In this document: one piece after another, positions 24,448-36,453 of the stretch
How the letters are laid out: each line of letters opens with the position of its first letter
How positions within the stretch are numbered: position 1 is the first letter of the stretch
Origin: Dehalococcoidia bacterium
Lineage (GTDB): Bacteria > Chloroflexota > Dehalococcoidia > UBA2979
DNA length: 64,000 nucleotides
Direction of reading: 5' to 3'
Assembly (NCBI GenBank): GCA_019694855.1
Contig: JAIBBD010000004.1
Span: 9,753-73,752 of the forward strand
Notes under the pieces: model-generated
The model's input: only the letters and a program-made list of their open reading frames with translations
What the model was told of the DNA's origin: nothing
Databases searched by the model: none
Translations under genes and position numbers: made by a program

Positions 24448-25284
24448 TCAGGTCGCAGTATACCGAGCGCCCTCGGAGCCCCGGCGCTCTGCCCGCAGAC
24501 GCAACGCGGCAATGACCGCGAGCGCCGCCGCAAGGCTGAACCAGGTCAGGGCGTACTCCATGTGCGGCTCGGTACTCACTTCCGTGCCCCAGTAGCGCAC
24601 GGGGAGGTCGCGTGGCGGCTGCGGGTCGCCGGGGTCGTGCGTCCCCTGGAGCAACCGCCAGCCGAGCACCGGATACGGCAGCTCGCGCGACATCGAGGGG
24701 ATGTCGAACCATGCCCAGGAGCCGTCGGGCGTCTTCCCGGCTGTCGTCCCCGTAACAATGATCGAGGCGCCCTCGGGCTTCAGCGGCGCGCGGGCCAGCC
24801 CCGCGACGGTCGCGCGGGGCTCGTTTGCCAGCTGCGCGAGCACGCGGTCCCGCTCCGTGAGCGGGTACCAGCCGCGGTTCACGAGGATCGCCGGCCCGCC
24901 GTCGTCGGGCTGCAGCGGCGTGACGACCTCCTCGCCGCGCGTGCCGTAGCGCGCGACATTCGCGAGTGTCATCGTGTGCGTGTTGTCCCACCGGCCGCTC
25001 ACCTGGACCCGGTGGAAGTCCACCTCGCTCGCCTGGTACGGCGGCTCCGTTCGCCATTGGAGGGGCGCCGCCGCCACGCTCTCATCTCGGGCGTGCTCGG
25101 CCGCATCCGCCTGGCGCTGCCGCGCCAGCTGCCATACCCCGAGGCCGACGAGGACCACGAATGCCAGCCCGAGCAGCCCCAGTGTCACGGGGAGCGACGG
25201 CTTGAACCGAACCCCGCGCGTCCCAGCCGCCATCTGTCCGTCCGATGTCGAGGTCATCCATCGAGGTTCCACCTCGCACCACAC
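24448..25284 (-). CDS. SURF1 family cytochrome oxidase assembly protein
   Basis: Two terminal TM segments (LGLLGLAFVVLVGLGVW and LTWFSLAAALAVIAAL) flank a periplasmic domain containing VNRGW. The exact start (M1, M10 or M18) is ambiguous. Confidence 0.7.
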   Translation of the reverse strand: MWCEVEPRWMTSTSDGQMAAGTRGVRFKPSLPVTLGLLGLAFVVLVGLGVWQLARQRQADAAEHARDESVAAAPLQWRTEPPYQASEVDFHRVQVSGRWDNTHTMTLANVARYGTRGEEVVTPLQPDDGGPAILVNRGWYPLTERDRVLAQLANEPRATVAGLARAPLKPEGASIIVTGTTAGKTPDGSWAWFDIPSMSRELPYPVLGWRLLQGTHDPGDPQPPRDLPVRYWGTEVSTEPHMEYALTWFSLAAALAVIAALRLRAERRGSEGARYTAT

Positions 25285-25365
25285 GACGGCAACTCCAGAC
25301 GGCCGCGGTGCCTCATGGCGGCCCGCTCACGAGACAGTCGCCAGCCGGCGGCGCATCATGACCTC

Positions 25366-26346
25366 GTGACCGAAGCACCGGTCCTCACGCGCGCGTACCG
25401 CGCTGGTTCCCTCGTCGCGGAGGGGTTTCCCCTTGCTGATGTCTCGTCGTTCCTCGAGTCTTCGGGGACAGTCGTCTGGGTCGACCTGCTCCAGCCGTCA
25501 TACGACCAGTTGATTACGCTCGCGCACGAGCTCGGACTCCATGAACTGGCGGTCGAGGATGCCCTCACCCGCAGCCAGCGTCCCAAGCTCGACCGCTACT
25601 CGACCCACCTCTTCTTCTCGTGCCAGGCGCTCCATCTCGATCGCCAGACGAGGAACCTCGATCGAACCGAGATCGACGCGTTCATCAACGAGCGCTGGCT
25701 CGTCACTGTTCGGAAGAGCGACGGCTTCTCACTCGACCACTTGGTGGAGCGCATCGAACGGTCGCCCGATCTGCTGGCTCACGGGGTCGGATACCTCGTC
25801 TACGTCCTGCTCGACCTGGTCATCGATGGCTACTTCGACGCCGTCGAGGCGTTCGACGAGTACTACGACGAGGCGAGCGACCGCATCTTCGGCGAAACCC
25901 CCTTCACGCCTCTCCAGCAGCGCGACTGGTTCCAGATGCGCCAGGCGCTCGTGCGCTTCCATCGCGTCGCCTTCCCCATGCGCGAGGCGGTCAACGCCTT
26001 CCTCCGACGCGAACACGAGATCAGCGCCGATCTGCACCCCTACTACCAGGACGTCTACGACCACGTCCTCCGCGTCGTTGAATCCACCGAGGCTCTCCGC
26101 GACCTCGTCGCCACCATCGTCGAGACGAATCTGAGTCTTCGCGACTACCGCCAGAATCAAATCATGAAGAAGGTCACGAGCTGGGCCGCCATCATCGCCG
26201 TGCCCACGCTCATCACCGGCTACTACGGGATGAACGTGCCGTACCCCGGTGCGGGCGAGACGTGGGGCGTGGTCGCCTCCTCTGGTCTCGCCCTCTTCCT
26301 CTCAAGCGCCCTCTACCTGCTCTTCCGCAGGAACGACTGGCTCTGA
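25366..26346 (+). CDS. corA: magnesium/cobalt transporter CorA
   Basis: The C-terminal 326 aa of a 645-aa track ORF, with the CorA signature YGMNV and two C-terminal TM helices. The start was set at the in-frame GTG (VTEAPVLTRAY); the upstream part of the long ORF is antisense to SURF1. Confidence 0.85.
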   Translation: MTEAPVLTRAYRAGSLVAEGFPLADVSSFLESSGTVVWVDLLQPSYDQLITLAHELGLHELAVEDALTRSQRPKLDRYSTHLFFSCQALHLDRQTRNLDRTEIDAFINERWLVTVRKSDGFSLDHLVERIERSPDLLAHGVGYLVYVLLDLVIDGYFDAVEAFDEYYDEASDRIFGETPFTPLQQRDWFQMRQALVRFHRVAFPMREAVNAFLRREHEISADLHPYYQDVYDHVLRVVESTEALRDLVATIVETNLSLRDYRQNQIMKKVTSWAAIIAVPTLITGYYGMNVPYPGAGETWGVVASSGLALFLSSALYLLFRRNDWL

Positions 26347-26419
26347 ATCGAGCGCTCCTCAGGCCCGCGCTATACTCGCCCCGTTCGAGGTCAGACGTAG
26401 CGTCCGAGGGAGCCACGCC

Positions 26420-28162
<1,743 letters not shown>

Positions 28163-28271
28163 CCGCGCGCACGCGCGACGTCCGTGCGAGGTCACCGGCG
28201 TACGATGGGGGTGTCCGAAGTACGTCATGTGCGCCGGGCTCGGTGCCCGGCTCCATCGTTCGGAGGAACGA

Positions 28272-29429
28272 GTGACGACGACCGACGCCGGCCAACTCCC
28301 CGAGGTCGCCATCCGCCGCGGTCTCAAGGACGTTTACTTCGACCGTACCCGCGCCTCCTACATCGACGGTCGCGCCGGCAAGCTCCTCTACCGCGGCTAC
28401 TCCATCCATGACCTCGCCGACCATTCCACGTTCGAGGAGACGGCCTACCTCCTCTTCTACAGCAAGCTCCCCACCGGCGACGAGCTCGCGGCCTTCGAGG
28501 CCGACCTCAAGGCCTCCCGCACCCTTCCCGACGAGATCTTCGACATCATCCACGCCGTTCGGCACGCCCACCCGATGGATGTCCTTCGCACGGCGACCTC
28601 AGCACTCGCCGCCTTCGACCCCGAGGTGAACGACAACTCCATCGAGGCGACCGTCCGCAAGGGCGTCCGGCTCACCGCGCAGGTCCCGACGATCGTCATG
28701 GCTCACGAGGCGATCAGGAACGGCCGCCAACCGGTCGCTCCGAACTTGAGCCTCTCCCACGCCGCCAACTTCCTGTACATGCTGACCGGGGAGGTTCCGA
28801 CAGACGACGCCGCGCGCCTGATGGACAAAGACTTCATCCTCCACGCCGAGCACGGCCCCAACGCCTCCGCGTTCACGGCGCGAGTTGTCGCCGGCACGCA
28901 GGCGAACCTGCACGCCGCCATCGTCGCCGCCATCGGTGCACTCTCCGGCCCCTCGCACGGAGGCGCCGCCGAGAACGTCATGCAGATGGCGATGGAGATC
29001 GGCGAGCCCGAAAACGCCGCCGCCTACGTGCAGCGCCTCCGCTCGGAGGGCAAGCCAGTGATGGGCTTCGGTCACCGCGTCTACAAGGCGGAGGACCCCC
29101 GCGCACGCCATCTTCGGGAGGGGGTGCGCCGCCTGAGCCTCGAGCGCGAGGAGCCGAAGTGGTACCACATCCTCGAGGCCGTCCAGGAGGCGATGCGCCC
29201 GTACGCGCGCCTCGGCGTCCACGTGAACGTCGACTTCTTCGCGGGCGTGATCTACTACCTCGTGGGCTTCCCGCCCGACCTCTTCGTCCCCATCTTCGCC
29301 GTGGGCCGCATCCCCGGCTGGACCGCCCAGGTCGTGGAGCAGTTCGAGAACAACATCCTCATCCGCCCGCTCACCCAGTACGTGGGCGAGATGGATCTCC
29401 CCTACATCCCGATCGAAGAGCGCGGCTGA
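28272..29429 (+). CDS. citrate synthase
   Basis: GTG start after a GGAGGAA RBS. Citrate synthase signature (GFGHRVYK), catalytic His/Asp context and PGW; about 385 aa, of the type-I/archaeal-like form. Confidence 0.9.
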   Translation: MTTTDAGQLPEVAIRRGLKDVYFDRTRASYIDGRAGKLLYRGYSIHDLADHSTFEETAYLLFYSKLPTGDELAAFEADLKASRTLPDEIFDIIHAVRHAHPMDVLRTATSALAAFDPEVNDNSIEATVRKGVRLTAQVPTIVMAHEAIRNGRQPVAPNLSLSHAANFLYMLTGEVPTDDAARLMDKDFILHAEHGPNASAFTARVVAGTQANLHAAIVAAIGALSGPSHGGAAENVMQMAMEIGEPENAAAYVQRLRSEGKPVMGFGHRVYKAEDPRARHLREGVRRLSLEREEPKWYHILEAVQEAMRPYARLGVHVNVDFFAGVIYYLVGFPPDLFVPIFAVGRIPGWTAQVVEQFENNILIRPLTQYVGEMDLPYIPIEERG

Positions 29430-30713
29430 TCAGGCTGGTGCCGACTCCGTCGCCAGTCGTGTTACGCGTACCTTCTTGATCCGCCGCCCGAGGATCGACA
29501 GCACCCGCAGCTGCAGCTCGTACTCCTCGCTGGTCACCTCGTCGCCCGGCACCGCCAGCCGTCCGAGGAGAGACAGGATCAGTCCGCCGACCGTGTCGAA
29601 GTCTTCGCTGTCGATCTCCGTGCCGAATAGCTCATTGAGGTCGTCGATCGAAAGGCGCGCGTCCACGATCGCCTCGTCCTCCGACAGCTGCTGCACGTCC
29701 ACATCCTCGACGTCGTACTCGTCCGCGATCTCCCCCACGATCTCTTCGAGAAGGTCCTCGACCGTCACGATGCCCGCCGTGCCGCCGTACTCATCGACGG
29801 CCACCGCCATATGCACCTTGTCCCGACGCATGTCCGCGAGCAGCTCGTCGACGTGTTTCGTCTCCGGCACGAAGTAAGGCGGCCGCGCGATCTCGCGGAG
29901 AGTCTGGTTGAGCCTCCCGGCCCGCAGGTAGGCGAGCAGGTCCTTCGCGTAGACCACCCCCACGATGTGGTCCATCGACTCCTCGTAGATCGGGACGCGG
30001 CTGAACCCGGTCTCGTTGATGATCCGCATCACGTCGCCTGCCGCCGCGTCGTGCGCCAGCGCCTGGATGTCCGGGCGTGGCGTCATCACCTCGCGCACGG
30101 TCTGCTCCGACATCGCGAGGATGCCACGCATCATCCGCCGCTCCTCCGACAGTGCACGTCCCGACGCGTTGTCGGTCCGCTCGAGGACGGACAGCAGCTC
30201 GTCAGCGGGGTTCGCCTCCGGGACGTCCGGGTCCCGCCCCACCGCACGTGCGATCGCCGCCGCGGGCGTGCTCCCGGCCCATGCCAGCGGCGAACACACC
30301 GCCTGTACGGCGAGGATCGGCCGCGCCAGCCGCAGCCCGGTGTTCTCAGGGTTGATCAGTGCGAAGGTGCGCGCCGTCTGCCGCAGAAACCCCACCACTA
30401 GCACCGAGGCCAGTGCGGCGATCACCATGCGCCAGCCCGTGAACTCGTCGCCGTCGACGATCAGGACGGTGATCGCCAGCGCCGTGATCACCGTGCTGAC
30501 GGTCACCGCCACGCTGAGCGAGCGCAACACTCGCTGCCGCTGGCGAATGTAGTTGTCGAGCAGGGTGTTCAGACTGCCGTCGTGCCCCGGCTGGCCGTGC
30601 CGCGCACGACTACGCGTGATCGCGCTCACGCTCGCCTCAGCCGCCGACACCAGCACGAGGATGAGCGACGACACGACGAGCAGCACCAGGGCGAGGAGTC
30701 GACCGGTATCCAA
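29430..30713 (-). CDS. CNNM/HlyC-CorC family transporter (DUF21 + CBS pair + CorC_HlyC domain)
   Basis: 427 aa with N-terminal TM helices, a CBS pair region and a C-terminal transporter-associated domain. Confidence 0.8.
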   Translation of the reverse strand: MDTGRLLALVLLVVSSLILVLVSAAEASVSAITRSRARHGQPGHDGSLNTLLDNYIRQRQRVLRSLSVAVTVSTVITALAITVLIVDGDEFTGWRMVIAALASVLVVGFLRQTARTFALINPENTGLRLARPILAVQAVCSPLAWAGSTPAAAIARAVGRDPDVPEANPADELLSVLERTDNASGRALSEERRMMRGILAMSEQTVREVMTPRPDIQALAHDAAAGDVMRIINETGFSRVPIYEESMDHIVGVVYAKDLLAYLRAGRLNQTLREIARPPYFVPETKHVDELLADMRRDKVHMAVAVDEYGGTAGIVTVEDLLEEIVGEIADEYDVEDVDVQQLSEDEAIVDARLSIDDLNELFGTEIDSEDFDTVGGLILSLLGRLAVPGDEVTSEEYELQLRVLSILGRRIKKVRVTRLATESAPA

Positions 30714-30737
30714 GCGAGATCGGTCCCCGTGGGGACC

Positions 30738-32117
30738 TCAGACCCCCTCTCCGGGTTCGCGGATCCGTCCCGGGACCCCCACGACACGCGCCGACGCCGG
30801 GACATCGCGCGTGACGATCGTCCCCGCACCGGTCCGCGCGTCGGCGCCCAGCTCGACTGGCGCGATCAGCACTGAATCGCTCCCGATGAAGGCGCGGTCG
30901 CCAATCGTCGTGTGGTGCTTCGTGGCGCCGTCGTAGTTCGCCGTCACGGTCCCGGCGCCGATGTTCACGTCAGCCCCAACGTCCGCGTCGCCGATGTACG
31001 AGAAATGGCCCACCCGTGTGCGCGCTCCCACGCGCGACGCCTTCACCTCGACATAATTCCCAAGGTGAACGTCCGCTTCAATCCGTGTCCCCGGTCGCAG
31101 ATGGCAGTACGGCCCCACCGTGACTCGCTCTGCGAGCTCCGACCCTTCGAGGGTCGACATCCCGACCTGACAGCCGTCGCCGATCGTCGAATCGCGCACC
31201 ACTGCGGAAGGCCCGATGCGGCACCCGCCGCCCACGGTCGTGCTGCCGAGGAGGTGGACACCGGGGAGCAGGGTAGTGTCCGGCCCGATCGCGACGCCCG
31301 CGTCAATGTAGGTCGTGGCCGGGTCGACGAGCGTCACCCCGTCGAGCATGACGCGCCGGCGGATGCGCTCGCGCATGATTTGCTCCGCGCGGGCCAGCTC
31401 GACACGCGTGTTGACCTGCTGCACTTCCGAGGACTCCACGACCTGGTATGCCTCCGCGCCCTGCGGGTGGTCGACCGCCCGCGCGATCGCGTCGGTCAGG
31501 TACACCTCGCCGCGCGGGCTCGGCTCGAGGTCGGCGAGCACCGGCCACAGCCATTCGGCCTCCGCCGCGTACAGTCCGGCGTTGACCTCCGGTTGCCCCC
31601 GGGTGACGGCATCTGCGTCCGACTCCTCCACGATGCCGTGGATACGTCCGTTCTGCCGTCGCACACGCCCGTACCCGGTCGGATCCTCGAGGTAGGCGGT
31701 GAGGAAGGTGAGCACCGCGTGCTCCTGCAGGTGACGCTGCGTCAACTCGCGCACCGTGCGTTCAGTGATCAGGGGCAGGTCCGCATTCAGAATGAGCAGG
31801 TGTGAGGCGTCGCCGGCCGCGACCCGCGCGGCGAGTGCCGCGTGCCCTGTTCCGAGCGGCTCGCCCTGGGGCGCGACCGCCGCCCCCGGCACTTGCGCCC
31901 GTACTGCCTCAGCGACCTCGCCGTCCGCATCCGCGGTGACCACCACGATCCGCTCGATGCCAGCCGCACGCACGGTGTCACAGACATGCAGCATCATCGG
32001 CCGGCCCGCCACCGGGTGGAGCACCTTCGGCAGTCTCGAGCGCATGCGCGTACCGCGCCCGGCCGCGAGCACGATCGCGGTCCAGCCGTCGAGGGGCGGG
32101 GATTGGGGACGCGTCAT
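30738..32117 (-). CDS. glmU: bifunctional UDP-N-acetylglucosamine diphosphorylase / glucosamine-1-phosphate N-acetyltransferase
   Basis: 459 aa. N-terminal nucleotidyltransferase (LAAGRGTRMRSRLPKVLH) and C-terminal left-handed beta-helix hexapeptide repeats. Confidence 0.95.
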   Translation of the reverse strand: MTRPQSPPLDGWTAIVLAAGRGTRMRSRLPKVLHPVAGRPMMLHVCDTVRAAGIERIVVVTADADGEVAEAVRAQVPGAAVAPQGEPLGTGHAALAARVAAGDASHLLILNADLPLITERTVRELTQRHLQEHAVLTFLTAYLEDPTGYGRVRRQNGRIHGIVEESDADAVTRGQPEVNAGLYAAEAEWLWPVLADLEPSPRGEVYLTDAIARAVDHPQGAEAYQVVESSEVQQVNTRVELARAEQIMRERIRRRVMLDGVTLVDPATTYIDAGVAIGPDTTLLPGVHLLGSTTVGGGCRIGPSAVVRDSTIGDGCQVGMSTLEGSELAERVTVGPYCHLRPGTRIEADVHLGNYVEVKASRVGARTRVGHFSYIGDADVGADVNIGAGTVTANYDGATKHHTTIGDRAFIGSDSVLIAPVELGADARTGAGTIVTRDVPASARVVGVPGRIREPGEGV

Positions 32118-32299
32118 GCTGCTGGAGCGTCTATCGTGGGGCTCGGCGGGGTCGATGGGTGCTCTCCGACCGTCGATGAGTGCGGCTCGCAGGGCGCATC
32201 ACGGCCCCAAAATTGACTCGTCAGACGGGCCCATTCTACACTCCGGCCCAGTCCTGCTGCCATCCGGCCGACCGCCGACTCACTGTTCCGAGGCTCACC

Positions 32300-34987
32300 G
32301 TGACCGTCGACGAACTGCGCGATGCGTTCCTTGCATTCTTCGAGGGGCGCGGCCACCGGCGTATCCCCTCGTCGCCCCTCGTCCCTCACGGCGACCCCTC
32401 CCTGCTCTTCACGTCCGCCGGCATGGTGCAGTTCAAGCCCTATTTCATGGGCCTCGAACTGCCGCCAGCTACCCGCATGACCTCGGTACAGAAGTGCTTC
32501 CGCACGACCGACGTCGAGGAGGTCGGGGACGCCTCGCACCTCACGTTTTTCGAGATGCTCGGCAACTTTTCGATCGGCGACTACTTCAAGCCGGACGCCA
32601 TCGCCTGGGCGTGGGAGTTCCTCACCGGCGCGCTCGCCCTTCCGCCCGAGCGACTCTGGGCCACGGTCTACCTGGACGACGACGAGGCGTACGACCTCTG
32701 GAAGCAGCGGGGGCTCCCCGAGGAGCGCATCCTCCGCTACTCCGCCGACCAGGGGAACTTCTGGGCCTCGGGTGACACCGGCCCCTGTGGGCCCTGCTCG
32801 GAAATGCACTACGACTTCGGCCTGACCGCGGGCTGCCCCCGCTGCGCCGATGGCACCTGTCACCCCGATGTCGGCTGCGGCCGCTTCCTGGAGATCTGGA
32901 ACCTCGTGTTCATGGCGTTCGACCGCCAGCCGGACGGCTCGCTCCAACCGCTCCCTGCGCAGAACATCGACACCGGCGCCGGCCTCGAGCGTGTCGCCTG
33001 GGTGCTCCAGGACGCGAAGTCGGTCTACGACACCGACCAGCTCCGCCGCATCCTCGCAAAGGTCGAGGAGCTCGCGCCCGAGTACCGCTACGACCCCGTC
33101 GCCGACCCTGACACCGCCCGCGCGATGCGCTCGATCACGGAGCACGCCCGCGCCATCGCCTTCCTCGTCTCCGACGGCGTCCTCCCCGGCAACGAGGGCC
33201 GAGGCTATGTCCTCCGCCGTGTCCTCCGCCGAGCCGTGTACTTCGGCTACACGATCGGCCTCCGCGAGGCGTTTCTCGAGCAGGTCGTGGACGCGGCCAT
33301 CGAGGCGTCCTTGACCGCGCACCCGGAGCTCGCCCCGCAGCGAGCCTTCATTAAGCGCGTCGCTGCCCGCGAGGAGGCTCGCTTCCAGCAGGTGCTCGCG
33401 CGCGGCCTCGAGCTGCTGGAGCAGGTCTTCGAGCGCGAAGCGGCCACGAAGCGCATCCCCGGCCGCGACATGTTCACGCTGTATGACACCCACGGCCTCC
33501 CGCCCGAGCTCACCGTCGAGGTCGCCGGGCAGCGCGGCTTCACGGTCGACCGCGAGGCCTTCGAGGCCGAGATGGCCGCGCAGCGCGTACGCTCCCGCGG
33601 CGACGGCACGTTCGAGGACTACGACGACCCGACCGCCGAGCGCTACGCCGCCCTCGGCGTAACGAGCGCCTTCGTTGGCTACGAGCAGCTCGAGACGCGG
33701 TCGACCATCTCCGCCATCGTCGCGGAGGGCCTGAACGTTGAGCGCCTGACGGCGGGCGAGGCGGGCTCCGTCGTGCTGCCCGCGACGAGCTTCTACCCCG
33801 AGGGTGGCGGCCAGGTCGGCGACCGTGGCGATCTGGTCACCCCCGACGGACGCTTCCTCGTCGAGGACACCCAGCGCTACGGCGAGGCAATCGCCCACCT
33901 CGGCCAGGTCGTGGAGGGGCATATCGCCATCGGCGACGCCGTCGAGGCGCGCGTGGGCCCCGAGTGGCGCAACGGCAGCGCCCGCAACCATACCGGAACG
34001 CACCTCCTCCACGCCGCGCTGCGCCAGGTGCTTGGCGAGCACGTGCGCCAGTCCGGCTCCTACGTCGGCCCCGAGCGCCTGCGCTTTGACTACACCCACC
34101 CCGAATCACCGACCCCCGAGCAGCTCCGCGAGGTACAGCGCCTGGTGAACGGCCGGGTCCGCGACGACATCGAGCGCGAAATCGTCGAATTACCCTACGA
34201 GGACGCGATCGCCCGCGGCGCCATCGCGTTCTTCGAAGACCGCTACACCGCGAACGTTCGCATGGTTGAGTACTGCGAGGCGCATGCGCACAACCCCGAG
34301 CATGGCCACTCCCACGGTGAGTGCTTTAGCCGGGAGCTCTGTGGCGGCACGCACCTGCACTCGACGGGCGGTGTCGGCATGCTCGTGATCGTCAGCGACT
34401 CCAGCATCGGCGCCGGACTCCGCCGCATCGAGGCCGTGACCGGCCCCGAGGCGGAGCACTACGTCGAGGAGCGCCTCGACCTCGTTGACTCGCTCATGCA
34501 GCGCTTCCGTGTCCCCGCCGACGAGGTGTTGCGCCGCCTGGACTCCCTCGAGACGCAGCTCGCGGAGGAACGTCGCAGGGGCGAGCAGCTCGCTGCCCGT
34601 GCCTCCCGAGGCGTCGCCGAAGACCTCGCTGCAAAGGCCGAGGCGATCGGGGACACCCACCTGCTGATTACTCGGGTCGACGCCGATTCCGCCGACGCCC
34701 TGCGTGCGCTCGGCGACCGCCTCCGCGAGCGCCTCGGTAGCGCGGTGGTCACGCTCGGCGCCGTCATCGGCGACCGTCCGTCCTTCCTCGCGCTGGTCAC
34801 TGACGACCAGGTCGCGCGAGGTGTGCGCGCGGACGAGCTCGTGAAGGCCGCGGCCGCCGTTGCCGGCGGCGGGGGTGGAGGCCGCCCGCAGCTCGCCCAG
34901 GCCGGCGGCAAGGACGCGAGCAAGCTCGACGAAGCCCTCTACGCCGCTCGCCTCGCCGCTCGCGAGAAGCTCGCATCCTCGACATAA
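32300..34987 (+). CDS. alaS: alanine--tRNA ligase
   Basis: GTG start (VTVDELRDAF). Class II motifs FTSAGMVQFKPYF and HHTFFEMLGNFSIGDYFK, the editing domain HxxxH...CGGTH, and a C-terminal DHHA1 region. Confidence 0.95.
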   Translation: MTVDELRDAFLAFFEGRGHRRIPSSPLVPHGDPSLLFTSAGMVQFKPYFMGLELPPATRMTSVQKCFRTTDVEEVGDASHLTFFEMLGNFSIGDYFKPDAIAWAWEFLTGALALPPERLWATVYLDDDEAYDLWKQRGLPEERILRYSADQGNFWASGDTGPCGPCSEMHYDFGLTAGCPRCADGTCHPDVGCGRFLEIWNLVFMAFDRQPDGSLQPLPAQNIDTGAGLERVAWVLQDAKSVYDTDQLRRILAKVEELAPEYRYDPVADPDTARAMRSITEHARAIAFLVSDGVLPGNEGRGYVLRRVLRRAVYFGYTIGLREAFLEQVVDAAIEASLTAHPELAPQRAFIKRVAAREEARFQQVLARGLELLEQVFEREAATKRIPGRDMFTLYDTHGLPPELTVEVAGQRGFTVDREAFEAEMAAQRVRSRGDGTFEDYDDPTAERYAALGVTSAFVGYEQLETRSTISAIVAEGLNVERLTAGEAGSVVLPATSFYPEGGGQVGDRGDLVTPDGRFLVEDTQRYGEAIAHLGQVVEGHIAIGDAVEARVGPEWRNGSARNHTGTHLLHAALRQVLGEHVRQSGSYVGPERLRFDYTHPESPTPEQLREVQRLVNGRVRDDIEREIVELPYEDAIARGAIAFFEDRYTANVRMVEYCEAHAHNPEHGHSHGECFSRELCGGTHLHSTGGVGMLVIVSDSSIGAGLRRIEAVTGPEAEHYVEERLDLVDSLMQRFRVPADEVLRRLDSLETQLAEERRRGEQLAARASRGVAEDLAAKAEAIGDTHLLITRVDADSADALRALGDRLRERLGSAVVTLGAVIGDRPSFLALVTDDQVARGVRADELVKAAAAVAGGGGGGRPQLAQAGGKDASKLDEALYAARLAAREKLASST

Positions 34988-34994
34988 CACGTCG

Positions 34995-35393
34995 ATGCGC
35001 TGGCTAGGCGTCGACCCGGGCGCTGTCCGCGTCGGCCTCGCCGTCTGCGACGAGGCCGAGCGCCTCGCCGTCCCCCTCGAGGTCGTACCCGCCTCGGCTG
35101 CCGTCCCCGCCGTCCGTACGCAGGCCGCCCGCAATGAGGTCGGCGGGGTCGTGGTCGGGCTCCCGCTTTCGCTCGCTGGCCACGAGGGGTCCTCGGCCGT
35201 CGCCGCCCGGCGGCTCGGAGAACGCATTCGGCGTGTAGTCGGGCTCCCCGTAGAATACGAGGACGAGCGGTTCACCTCCGTGGCCGCCGGCGATCCCGGG
35301 CGTGGGGGCAGGCCTCGGGACGACATCGCCGCGGCGATCATGCTCCAGCAGTTCATCGACCGGAGAAGGCACGATGCCGGGCGCGCTCCGTAA
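34995..35393 (+). CDS. ruvX: Holliday junction resolvase-like / pre-16S rRNA nuclease RuvX (YqgF)
   Basis: Start MRWLGVDPGAVRVGLAVCDE, the RNase H-like YqgF N-terminus. Conserved position after alaS. Confidence 0.85.
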   Translation: MRWLGVDPGAVRVGLAVCDEAERLAVPLEVVPASAAVPAVRTQAARNEVGGVVVGLPLSLAGHEGSSAVAARRLGERIRRVVGLPVEYEDERFTSVAAGDPGRGGRPRDDIAAAIMLQQFIDRRRHDAGRAP

Positions 35394-36453
35394 CCCGCTC
35401 GTCCTCCTCGTGGCGTTCCTCGTATACCTGCTCGTCCTCGCAGGAATCGCCTTCACGGTCATCCAGGGTTCCCCCGATGCGGTCGCCGAGGAGCTCACAA
35501 CCGCCTCGCCCGACGTGAGCTTCGGCGCCGGGCAGCCCGTGACCTTTGTCGTTAAGGCGGGCATCTCAGCCAGCCAGATCGCTGCAGACCTCGAGGATGC
35601 GCGGGTCATCTCCGACCGGCGCCGCTTCGAAGCCCTCGCCAAGCTCACGGGCGAAAGCGCCGACCTCAAAGCAGGCTGCTACGTCTTCTCCGAACGCACG
35701 CCTGCCGCCGAGGTCATCGTCCGCCTCCGCGAAGGCATCACATCGCTCAGCTCGCTCGCGGTCCCGGAGGGACGCCGCGTCGAAGAGGTGGGTGCCGCCC
35801 TCGAGCGTGCCGGTATCACCACCGCCGACGCCTGGCGCGCCGCGCTGCAGAGCGCTCCGCGCGACGTCCTCCCCGAGGCCCCGCCCGGCGACTCGCTGAA
35901 CGGATACCTCTTCCCCGCCACGTACCCCGTGGAGTGCCGCGCCGATGCGCCGAAGATGGTGCAGGCGATGCTCGAGGCGTTCACCGCAGAGGTCACTCCC
36001 GCGCTGGTCGAGGAGGCGAAACAGAAGGGCCTCTCGCTGCACCAGGTCGTCACGCTCGCCTCGATCGTCGAGCGCGAGGCTGCGATCCGCTCGGAGCAGC
36101 CGATCATCGCCTCGGTCTTCCTGAACCGCCTCGACGAGGGCATGCCGCTCCAGGCCGACCCGACGGTGCAATACGCCATCGCGACCGCGAACCCGCCGCA
36201 GGGCGGCGCCTCCTGGTGGAAGACCGGGCTCACCGAGGCCGACCTCGGGTTCGAGTCGCCTTACAACACCTACCTCCACAAAGGCCTGCCGCCCGGACCG
36301 ATCGCCAACCCCGGTATCGACGCCATCCTCGCCGTGATCCGCCCGGCGAAGACCGACTACCTCTACTTCGTGGCTAAGGGCGACGGTTCGCACGCGTTCG
36401 CCTCCACGCTCGCGGAACACAACGCCAACGTGCAGCGGTACCAGTTGCCGTGA
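35374..36453 (+). CDS. mltG: endolytic murein transglycosylase MltG (YceG-like)
   Basis: Start MPGALRN after a GGAGAAGG RBS. N-terminal TM helix then the YceG domain (PEGRRVEEV, LASIVEREA). Conserved position after ruvX. Confidence 0.85.
   Translation: MPGALRNPLVLLVAFLVYLLVLAGIAFTVIQGSPDAVAEELTTASPDVSFGAGQPVTFVVKAGISASQIAADLEDARVISDRRRFEALAKLTGESADLKAGCYVFSERTPAAEVIVRLREGITSLSSLAVPEGRRVEEVGAALERAGITTADAWRAALQSAPRDVLPEAPPGDSLNGYLFPATYPVECRADAPKMVQAMLEAFTAEVTPALVEEAKQKGLSLHQVVTLASIVEREAAIRSEQPIIASVFLNRLDEGMPLQADPTVQYAIATANPPQGGASWWKTGLTEADLGFESPYNTYLHKGLPPGPIANPGIDAILAVIRPAKTDYLYFVAKGDGSHAFASTLAEHNANVQRYQLP

Noticed and set aside
24409-25365. First 319 aa of the 645-aa plus-strand ORF 24409..26346
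   Set aside because: This part is antisense to SURF1 and low-complexity. Only the C-terminal 326 aa (from the GTG at 25366) is CorA.
32114-34099. 661-aa minus-strand ORF overlapping alaS
   Set aside because: Antisense to AlaRS (clear class II and editing motifs). A low-complexity Gly/Arg/Val repeat-like translation.
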